This document shows positions 39,774 to 50,076 of a stretch of 64,000 nt of DNA, piece after piece (position 1 is the stretch's first letter; each line of letters starts with the position of its first letter). Made by a program: the position numbers and the translations under genes. This DNA comes from Leucoraja ocellata (lineage: Eukaryota), in assembly GCA_036785375.1 (NCBI GenBank), contig JAWMAR010000160.1, forward strand, positions 4,278,001 through 4,342,000. Direction: 5' to 3'. The notes below the pieces were generated by a model, which saw only the letters and a list, made by a program, of their open reading frames with translations, did no database searches and was not told the origin of the DNA.

Positions 39774-40409
39774 TAAATCTCTCGTAAACCCATCCAGTGA
39801 CTTGGCCTCCACTGCCCTCTGTGGCAGGGAATTCCATAAATTCACAACTCTCTGGGTGAAAACGTTTTTCTCACCTCGGTCTTAAATGGCCTCCCCTTTA
39901 TTCAATCAAAAATATCAATCAAACTTCAAAGGAATAAACAACCTGAGCAAAAATTGGAGAATAAAGAATGGGAAATATAATGAGAGAGCATGAAAGATAT
40001 CTTGGTGTTGTTGCAAATATATTTCTAAGCAAGTGTGTTAATACAACCTTAAGTGCCATCCTGAAAATCCAAACGACTGCAGATGGAAGAAGTCAGAAGT
40101 TAAAAACTGCTAGAGATATTTATTGATCGGAATGTTCAAGTCCGTTTCTACAGAGAAGCTGTTGACCTGCCAAGTATTTGCAGCTCTTTTTGCTTTTTAT
40201 TGAGTGCATTGCTTGAACTACTTATGGAAGTTGCTGACAGATCCTGATTTATTGTGACCCTCGTACAACAGATACTTTTGTTTTTGTTCTGCAAACATTG
40301 CCATACTTTGCAAGTGTGACTGATGCCCCTGCACCTAGGCATACTGCTGCAACTGGTAATTATTAGCAGTGGAAAAAAATGGCAGGCAGGATGGAAGATG
40401 AAGTTCATA

Positions 40410-40705
40410 GCCCACAGTTTAAGAATAAGGGGTAAGCCATTTAGAACGGAGATGAGGAAAAACTTTTTCCCACCTAGGGTTGTGAATCTGTGGAATTCTC
40501 TGCCTCAGAAGGCAGTGGAGGCCAATTCTCTGGATGCTTTCAAGAGAGTTAGATAGAGCTCTCAAAGATAGTGGAGTCAGGGGATATGTGGAGAAGGCAG
40601 TAACGTGGTACTGAGTGTGGATGATCAGCCATGATCACTGTGAATGGTGGTGCTAGCTCGAAGGGCTGAATGGCCTACTCCTGCACCTATTGCCTATTGT
40701 CTATT
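40410..40705 (+). mobile_element. CR1-type LINE 3' fragment
   Basis: HSLRIRGKPFRTEMRKNFFPPRVVNLWNSLPQKAVEANSLDAFKR followed by the tail ctattgtctatt. Confidence 0.9.
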
Positions 40706-43700
40706 ATATCCTTATATCCTATTATAACCAACTGCAAACATAACCCATTATTTTCCAGCTTCTTCCAGTGATGAACGGTCTGACAGAAGATGACACTATT
40801 TCTTGTGGACCCAAATATTTTTATATCTCATTCCTTCAACAAACTTTTAAAACTTACATTGATATTGAAGTCACCATCTTGCATTTTATCCTGCTTATTT
40901 TAACTTTGTCAAGGCAGTTCAGGAAAATTCCAAAATTGTATGAGAATTTGTATGCTGTACATTTCTGGCAGCTGTGTTTCTGCTCTGATTTAATGATGGA
41001 AATTCAGCAAGATTATCCATTGAACGTCAGAGCCACACAAGCACTTTAAGCAGCTGAGCCATTCTGTATGGTGATATAGGATTGATTATTTGACAGTTTT
41101 AATTTGTTGAATGCCTAATAATATTTTACAGTGCATTTCAGATCAGTTTGTCATATTAATCTTTAGGCCCACTGACCATTTCAAAAGCTTTTCACTGTAC
41201 CTCGGTAGACATGACTCTAATAAACTGAAGTAATGGTGTTCCTCTAAATATGATGAATTAGTGGCAAATGGGTACACACTGTTGCCCTCCCTTGTGATCT
41301 TCGTGGGTAGCATGGTGGGAGAGCTGTATGCTAGAATTGAGTTGTTTTTTAATTTAATTTCTCACCTCAAAAAACCACCGATACATGTGGACATCAACAT
41401 TCCAGTCAACTGAACAGCGGAGGACGTCGCAGATGAACCAATCTAGTCCTTTCTTTCCTTCTCCCACCCTGCATGACCATCATCAACCAACACTCCATGC
41501 TCAGCATAAACTACAATCATTGAACTATGAGCAGTAACAGCTGTGGCAATTTTCTGCTATCTCTGACTCGAGCATCCCATTTAAAAGAGATGTGTTGCCT
41601 GACCCGCTGAGTTACTCCAGCATTTTGTGCCTATCTTTGGTATAAACAAGCATCCGCAGTTTCTTTTAATTTCATAACACAGTTTAGTTCAGTGTGGTGG
41701 CTGGAAGAAATGTAAAATAACCTAAATTTAAATAGCTGGGAGGGGGTGGGAGATGGCAGGGGGAGATAAGTGGTTGGAGGAGCTGGAAAGAAACATTTAA
41801 AAAAAATCTGCTATTGTATATGAAAAAGTAAAAGAAAACATATGCAGAATTTAGCTAGAAAGAAAAGAGGTGGGGAAAAAATATCAAAAGAGCCACAGAA
41901 AGCAGTTAAATAAGATATGTGCAAGGGATATTAAAATTAACATAAGAGCTACATGATTGTATTCCGTAAAAAGTGGTGGTCGGGCGTATGCCAGGAGACG
42001 TTACAAAACTGCAATAAACGATATAACCGTAAATGTGCAATAGAGCACAGTCAAAAGAATTGATTCCCAGCTTCCAAATAATATATACCTCCTTAGAGAC
42101 AAAACAAAAGCATCAGGAAAAGAGGTTGTATCCGTGGCTATGAAGCGGTTAAAGATGGTGTCGGATAAAAGAGAGTGTTTAATGCTGCCAATTGAACAGC
42201 TGGAGGATTTGGAAAATAATCATAATCAAATAATCATAATTCAGCAAAGGAGGATAAGGGAATGTAAAGCAGAATAAAACAATGGGCTACAAACTTAAAA
42301 GCGTACAGTGAAAGCTTATAGAGGTAATTCCAAAGAAAATGATTAGCGAATGTTCAATGGTCCTTTATTGTCACGTATACAGAGAAATTTGAGTTACAAT
42401 ACAGTCATACCAAAAGAGCAACAAGATACAAAACCACATAAGGATTAAACATAAACAGCCAACACAGTGGTGTGTGAGAATCGCCAAGGCACACTGCATA
42501 AGCAGAGACCCACAGGCATCAGTTCAATGTCCAGGTTACACACACGCTCCTTCACCGTGATGTGACCAGAGTCGGCGACTTCACATTCCTCACTGTGATG
42601 GATGGCGAATAACTTTTACCTCCTTCCTCCTTTTCCCCCGCGGTCGGGCGATCGAAATTCCCGCAGTCGGCGATTGAAGCTCCTTCAATGTGGTGATCGA
42701 CATTACCGCGGTCAGGGCGGTCAAAGCTCCTGCGGTTAGAGATTAGAACAGCAGAATTTACATTGGGTAATAAGGAAATCACAAGGACATTTTCCCCTGC
42801 CCATGGCATCGAGAACTGGGGGTCCAGTCATAAAACAATGGGTTGGCCCTCAGAACTGGGATGAGAAGAAATGTCTTCAAATCTTTGGAATTAACTGCCC
42901 CAAAGAGTTGTGGAAGATAAGTTGCAGAATATATTCAAGAAGAACATCAATACATTTTTAGATCTCAAAGGATTCAAGAAAATTGAGATGAGTGCAGGAA
43001 AATGGTGATTGATCCAATAAATCTTGTTGTCGGCCAAACAATTTCAAAGCAATTTCAATTTTAAATGTTCCTAGGAGTGTAATAGAAATGTGTTATATTC
43101 CGACAATTGCTTGTAGCATTTGGCTGCTCACTGACTGGTCGGCATTCGCGGTATTGTTTCTGCCTGGACTTGCTCCTTCGACCCAGGGAAACCAATGTAC
43201 GTGAATTTTGTATCCTCCATAGCTGAACTCTCACAGGTTTTATCAGACCTTCACTCACGTCAATGTATGTTACCAAGGATAGAACGTTGACTGTGGAAGA
43301 TCATTATTGGCAAAGCTACACTAGCTCGCCATTTTAATCTAGTTTGTTTAAAGCTAGTGGGGGAAGTACAGATAACTCGTGAATTAAGGAAATGTATTCC
43401 CACGTTTCTGTAAAACTGTGTTTAGCTGATATGTTGTGTGGAGCAGAAAACAGTCCTTGAGATGGGGAATGTGAAAAGTTGTAATAGACTAAGTAATGCA
43501 GTATTTATTTATTGGCTCAATGTATACAGATGCCTGGAGTTTCCTAAAAATGTGGGATGCATTATACTGATTGTCTACTAAGCTGAACAATACTTGTAAA
43601 TGTTCCCTCTTCATAGTCCATCTGTATCCAGTGCAATACTTGCCCATGATGTTACGCGATCAGTACTTCATTCATGGTTATACATCTGCATTATCTTAAC

Positions 43701-45337
43701 TCAAGCCAGAATTTAATTGATTAAGTTGCTGCTCTTTCTACATTATTGTCTGTAAAGATACTTGGAATTCCAGGCATTTATTGTTAGACCTATATGAAGA
43801 ATGCTCCTTGTACACATTCTGCATTGTTCAAATTATATACCACTAAAAGGCAGATATTTTATGCTGAATAAAGCATTTTACCAGTTCTGGAGTTCTTCAG
43901 CAGGTTTCAGTGAAGAATATTAAGAGTGCCAAGGAAGATTGCTTTTGTGTTTTGCTTCCAGCATTAATATAACAATGTCCACATCACCTTTTCAAGCAGA
44001 TCATGCAATACAATGGATTACATTTATAGAACGTTTCCAACATAATAAACCTCCCAGGATTGGTTATCATGAATGATTTGACCTTGAGCTTCAAAAGACA
44101 ATATTTAAGCAGGCTTGGTCAAATAAGAATGCCTCAAGAGATGACTACTACTGGAAGGAGTGAGTTAGCATGGAGCCAGTTGGTGAAGCAGTGAAAATGG
44201 ATCAGTGCCAAAAGCAGAACTGATATCCCAGAAGATTGTAGAATTAGAGTATATCGCAGAGATGTAAAAGGGCAGCTCTATGAAGGGATTTGGTAAAAGG
44301 ATGTGAATGTAGCTCAGAATATGCATGAATAATGGTGAACAGGACTTGGTCTGAGTTAAGATACCGGCAGCAGAGTATTAGATGGACACAGGTTTACAAA
44401 GAGCACAAGATACCGAGTGAAAAACCTTCTATGTTGTCCCATCCAATACTTCTAGATCAGCTGCAGCAATGAATCGATGTAGAGTAAAGGTCCTCCTTTG
44501 TCCCATCAATCATTTGCGGGGCACATACAGACTAAAACCCAGTCTCCCCATGTCATTGAAGGGGGTGCTTGTCTCCGCATCTCATCATATAAAGTTTTAA
44601 ATTGTATATTGGAAGAAACAATGAAATCCAAGTGTCTGGAGAAAGTTCATTTGGAAGCGAGTCTTTATCTGAAGAAAAGTGCAGTTATAATGCGAGGTTT
44701 TGCAAACTTGGCTGTTACAAGACCACCCTCGCTCTTCCTTTTTGCTTCAGACAGTCTGCAGTGCTGTACAGAGCCAGGAAGTCCAGTGTAAATATAGTAA
44801 CTCTATCAGTGTTGCCATGTGAATATCCAGCACAGCTTGTGGATTGTAGAAGGTTGACGTCCTTGGGTGGTTATAATCACGTGTGCTGATTTGTGCTGCC
44901 CTCTCTGCATTGACTGGTGAAGCAGGGGGCCCTGCATTGTGACAACTCCTTGTCTTTGGAGAGTACTTTACATTGACCCTGATATAGTCTCAGAGGGGAT
45001 GCCGCAAAGCTAATTGCCGAAGTGTTATTAACTGTTCACCAGCTTTTCCTTTCATGCTCTGGCTTGCTTATGCTGAGAAAGTTTAAAGTAGCTGATTTCA
45101 GTCAATTCTGCTGCGACTGAGGCTAGATTTCCCTAATTTCCAGGTGGGACTTTGTGGAGTGGGTTAGCTCGCACAAGCTGGAGCTGTGCACAAATCAATG
45201 TTTGCACTGTTGTGAAGTAAACTCATGCAGCTCAGCCTTTGAGCAAGCTGCAGAACTGTCGACAAGGCAAGATTCGGGAGCTGACAACAGGGCACATCTC
45301 TCACCATTCATTCTTAAAGACAAGGCTTGAAGGCGGG

Positions 45338-45359
45338 ATGGCTGAAGACTATTCGTATG
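45338..45359 (+). CDS. PRKACB: Probable short alternative first coding exon of the PKA catalytic gene (MAEDYSY-V...)
   Basis: Strong Kozak context gggATGG, 22 nt long, with a phase-1 donor G|gtaagc in frame with exon 2. It sits in a repeat-free block between the long first exon and exon 2, as short PKA-C isoform exons do. Confidence 0.6.
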
Positions 45360-47299
45360 GTAAGCAAGTATCTAGCTGAGTGGTGTGTGTCAACTGAGTT
45401 GCGATTGTTTACCTTTTCCACATCAGGAAGCAAGCCTTTAAATACTCAAGCTAGCATTGAATTTTTAGACCAGTTATGCAAGGAATCTTTTCAAAATAAT
45501 TTAGAATAACTTTAGAATTACATTCTAACTTTGACACCGAACTAGTCAATCTCACCTGTCATTGAATACATGTCATTGAATGACTGACTCCTAATTAAAA
45601 ACACATATTGATATGACTGAACTGTTTACAATATCTTGCTGTACATTTCAGTCAGTGCTTAATGATGAAATGTACCAAAACTGAGAAGCTAGTTGTCATA
45701 CAAATTCTTCTCTGAATGGGAGTCGATGATAAGTGGTTGTTTGTGAAAGTTTCCTGAACTTGTAATACATCGCAAACTGAAACGTAATGTACAAACTCTT
45801 TGTTTTTATAAATTATATACATTGCCCTGGTGTACTGATTGTATCTAGAATATATTTTACTCATTTACTTACAATAATTCCTTTTTTACCGTTAAATCGG
45901 TTACAATGATTGTTGAGTTGAGTGCATCATTGTAAATGAACAATTGCATAAGAAATGGTTTGATTAGAATTTCCGCGTACTGAATAGGTGCTAATTTTTT
46001 TGCTAATGCTAATTTGGAACCCTTCAAAAAAATGTATGGTTTAAGAAATTATTTTTATAATTTACTCCCTTTTAAGAGATCTGGGTGTCTCACATAGACT
46101 CTACTTGCTGAGAGAACAACAGCAATGTCATTTGTGTGCTGGCGGTGCTGGCTCGAGGGGCCAAATGGCCTACCCCTGCACCTATTGTCTATTGTCTATA
46201 GTCTGACTTTGGGAAATTGGTCAGCACGATATATACTGACATATTGAAGCTGCCAAGGAGATGACGTCAAACTGTGACGTTGGGTAGTCGGTATATGATG
46301 GGAAGGGGGAATCGCAAAGGAATTGTGTGGGAGGGGATGATGGCATGTAGTCTACTTGGGATCCCTCACCTCTCCTTCCGACGACAGAACAGGCCACTTA
46401 CACCGCACGACTGTAGATGTCTCCACACCCGTTTAATTTGGCTTAGAGAAGCTTTGATACATACCTAGAGCTCACAGCAACAGGGCACCGTGAATAAATG
46501 TAACAAAGGGTGATATTCAGCACAGATATTACATCCCGGGGGGGATAATTTAAGACTCCGCCATCAACAATTTTAGCATAATGTACCTCTTGTTGAAATG
46601 CAAATGAATTATACAAATCTTAAGAAGTGAGCTTTTGATCCACTTTATGTGAATGAGTAATGAATAACTGCGCTGCTTGTTAATGATAACACTTGCGACT
46701 GGCAAATGATGTCACCATCATGGTGAATTGTGACAAGAAATGTCTTATCCAATTTCCCATTGGGCAAGAATTCAAACGTGTCAAAAAGCATGTCTTATGT
46801 ATTATTTACGCCTCTTCTCCCAATCCAATTTCTAGGCTGAAAGAGTGTAGTGTTGTCTTGCCACATAATGTCCTCATTAAACAGATTGGTTGTGCAACTT
46901 GTATTAATAAGTATTCACTGCGACTCTTCTCCCCCCCCCCCCTCCACCCCCTGTGCCCAGCCCCTAGTCCACCAACAACTCCCATTTGTTTGTTATATAT
47001 CCTCTAATTTTCCTTTGCCACTTCCAATCTTCCCTGCCTAGACTGAGATAGATAGATACTTGATTAGTACGGGTGTCGGTTATGGGGAAAAGGCAGGAGA
47101 ATGAGGTTCGGAGGGAGAGATAGATCAACCATGATTGAATGGCACAGTAAACGATGGGCCAAATGGCCTAATTCTGCTCCTATCACATGACCTAGACCAC
47201 AAAACTGAATTAAGAAAAATAACTTTTCCTGTATTCCTTAATGGGTCATTGCTGCCACCACAGATTAGGATCCAATAAACTAAGCTACTTACAATGTTT

Positions 47300-47511
47300 A
47301 AGAAAGAACTGCAGTTGCTGGAAAAATCAAATGGAGACAGAAATGCTGGAGAAACTCAGCGGGTGAGGCAGCATCCATAGAGTGAAGGAATAGGTGATGT
47401 TTCGGGTCGAGACCCTCCTTCAGAAGAAAGGTCTCGACCCGAAACGTCACCTATTCCTTCGCTGCATAGATGCTGCCTCACCTGCTGAGTTTCTCCAGCA
47501 TTTATGTCTAC
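47300..47511. mobile_element. Near-perfect inverted Penelope terminal-repeat pair (~85-bp arms)
   Basis: agacagaaatgctggagaaactcagc...gagaccc is followed directly by ggtctcgacccgaaacgtcacc...ttctccagcatttatgtct. Confidence 0.85.
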
Positions 47512-47897
47512 CTAAGTTACTCACAACCTCGCCTCAAAAACTCCACCACAGCCTCACCTTCAAAGTACCATTCTCTATACTTTAAAAATGCCTCTAAAAT
47601 TACATTTTTGTTCCTTCGCCTTTGGAAATCTCTTTGAATCTATCCTATCATTGCCCTTTTTCTTTCTGTTACTCAGTAAATTGATTTTCTGAGGCTTCTG
47701 TATAGGACCTTTATCTGATGATATGACTGTGAGAAGAATGATTATATAATCCAATCCGCAGTGTGGAGGATTTTCTTGGAGGAGTATCATTTGGATTTAT
47801 TCTGTGAACTGTAATACTAAACAAGTGCTAACAGATGGCTTATCGTACGGAGGTTGGGTGTGAGTGAATCCCACACCTTCTCAGCAGCAGCACCAAG

Positions 47898-48096
47898 NNN
47901 NNNNNNNNNNNNNNNNNNNNNNNNNNNNNNNNNNNNNNNNNNNNNNNNNNNNNNNNNNNNNNNNNNNNNNNNNNNNNNNNNNNNNNNNNNNNNNNNNNNN
48001 NNNNNNNNNNNNNNNNNNNNNNNNNNNNNNNNNNNNNNNNNNNNNNNNNNNNNNNNNNNNNNNNNNNNNNNNNNNNNNNNNNNNNNNNNNNNNNNN
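47898..48096. other. Assembly gap (~200 N)
   Basis: Run of N. Confidence 0.99.
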
Positions 48097-49248
48097 GGTG
48101 TAACATTTTGAGAGATGGATCCATTGAATGGTTGGTTTGTCAGCATGCTTTTTGCCTGGATTTTTTCAGCGCAATCCTAATAGTTCCCTTCTTTCTTCCC
48201 TCTGTAAGGCCAATGTCACCAGATCTCTGCTGTTTGGACCTTATCCCTGACCAAGTTCAGCTTAGCTTTCATTTCATTGGTACCTAGAACCACAGTGATT
48301 GTGTTTGAACTGAGTTGATATCTGATTCAACAGTAATTTTGTTTCAAAACACTCAATCTCTCTTTTCAGATGGCTTCACACCTCCTTGTCTCTGCAATCT
48401 ATAGTACCAGAAGTCTTCAAGGTTATCTGGGTTTCTCTGATTTTAACTGTCTTGTCATTGGTAGCTGTGCCTTCAGCTGTGAAGCTGAAGTTCTGGAATA
48501 TCATACGATCATGTGATAGGAGTAGAATTAGGCCATTCAGCCCATCAAGTCTACTCCGCCATTCAATCATGGCTGACCTATCATGGCTAACCCCATTCTC
48601 CTGCCTTCTCCCCATAATCTCTGAGACATCAAGAATAAATTGAAACACTTAACCTCTCTACTTCATTTTCCTTCAATATAATCCTTAAAGCCTATCTCTT
48701 TGACAGAGTTATTGGTTGTTCTTGTAAATTGTGGTGATTGGAGTTGATAGCACTCGTATGATGAGTATTGGGGCGTTTTACTTCATAAAAATATGTTATT
48801 ATTGTTCCTCATGCTCTTCCAGGTTTGTCAGGCTCAAGGTTCTGTGGGTCTTTTCTGGGGAAAGCTGCAGTGATCCACTGTTGATTAGGTTTTTATACAA
48901 TTCAGTTTTATGGGATTTAGGCATCACTGACAGGCATTCCATGTATTAACTGTCCTAATTCGTTTTTTTGTGAAGATATCCCTGTTTATCAAAAAACATT
49001 TGGAGCACCAAATAAGAATAGCAACTTGAGGGGTAACGTTTTTCACGCAAAGGTTGGTGGGTGCATGGAACAAGCTGTCGGAGGAGGTAGTTGAGGCAGG
49101 TACCATCGCAACGTTTAAGAAACATTTGGACAGATACATGGATATGTCAGGTTTGGAGCGATATGGGCTTAAATGCAGGCAGGTGGGACTAGAGTAGATG
49201 GGACATGTTGGCTGGTGTGGGCAAGTTGGGCTGAAGTTGCCACACTGT

Positions 49249-49389
49249 CTTCTTCTTCTGGCATATGGCGTGCACAGCCTAAAGTTGTAGGACAACTTGT
49301 TCTATTCGATCTTATTTGATTGTGCACGCCAGGTTGATTGCATTCGTCGAAACAGGGCGGACCACGTGAAGGTTGCAATCTCCCACCCC
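49249..49389 (-). mobile_element. Short retroposon headed by an HDV-like ribozyme, copy 2
   Basis: TSD ttgccacactgt (49237-49248) / tttccacactgt (49390-49401), 11 of 12 matching. (GAA)n tail on the - strand. Confidence 0.85.
49336..49389 (-). ncRNA. Minimal HDV/CPEB3-like ribozyme fold (copy 2)
   Basis: GGGGUGG GA GAUUGCA ACC UUCACGU GGU CCGCCCU GUUUCGA CGAA UGCAAUC. The nested double pseudoknot pairings are intact and J4/2 is CGAA. Confidence 0.85.
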
Positions 49390-49927
49390 TTTCCACACTG
49401 TAAGACTATGACTAGTGAGAGATTCACTTTGGATATAATGTGAGCTGCATGCAAGCAACATTGTGCTTTACCATAGAACCCCACGCATGTTGGCCTTTAA
49501 TGTTCCCAAATGATCTGCTGACTGTTGCCACAGTTGGACGGAATTATCAGTCCAGCTGTCAATGTGGACATGATGCTGTTTTCTGAATTTAGGGCTCATT
49601 CAGAGATTATCATTGACGAGAGGCTTATGTAGAAAAAGCTTCATTACAAAAGTACAGGATACAGAGGTTGCTCTCCAAATTTATAATGGACTGAATTAAC
49701 CCATGCTATTTACCATGGCACAGCTGGGCAAATGTTTAATGATTGCCACTGATTTTTAAATGTCATCCTAAAGCCAGAGTGGTGAGCCCTCTGACCCGTT
49801 CCTCAACAGGCGATGCTGATCCAGCTGGATAAAGGCCCCAATCAAAAGCGATAATATCTTCCGACTGTTTTTCACAAATGTGTCAACCGTCGTGTACAAG
49901 GGATAAAAGCGATTTAATTTTGAGCCC

Positions 49928-50076
49928 AAGATAGACACAAAAAGTTGGAGTTACTCAGCGGGACAGGCAGCATTTCTGGAGAGAAAGAATGGGTGATGTT
50001 TCAGGTCGAGACCCTTCTTCAGTCTGAGAGTCTTGGGAAAGGGAAACAAGCATCTGCAGTTCCTTCCTATGTATTC
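49928..50076 (-). mobile_element. Penelope terminal fragment with short inverted end
   Basis: 11-bp TSD attttgagccc at 49917-49927 and 50077-50087. Confidence 0.8.

Larger units (their letters stand above)
49010..49415 (+). mobile_element. CR1-type LINE 3' end hosting the HDV-ribozyme element
   Basis: ttcacgcaaaggttggtgggtgcatggaacaagctg...gacagatacatggat. The tail ccacactgtaagactatgact resumes after the insert. Confidence 0.8.

Noticed and set aside
47817-48146. ORFs spanning X runs
   Set aside because: Artefacts of the N gap.
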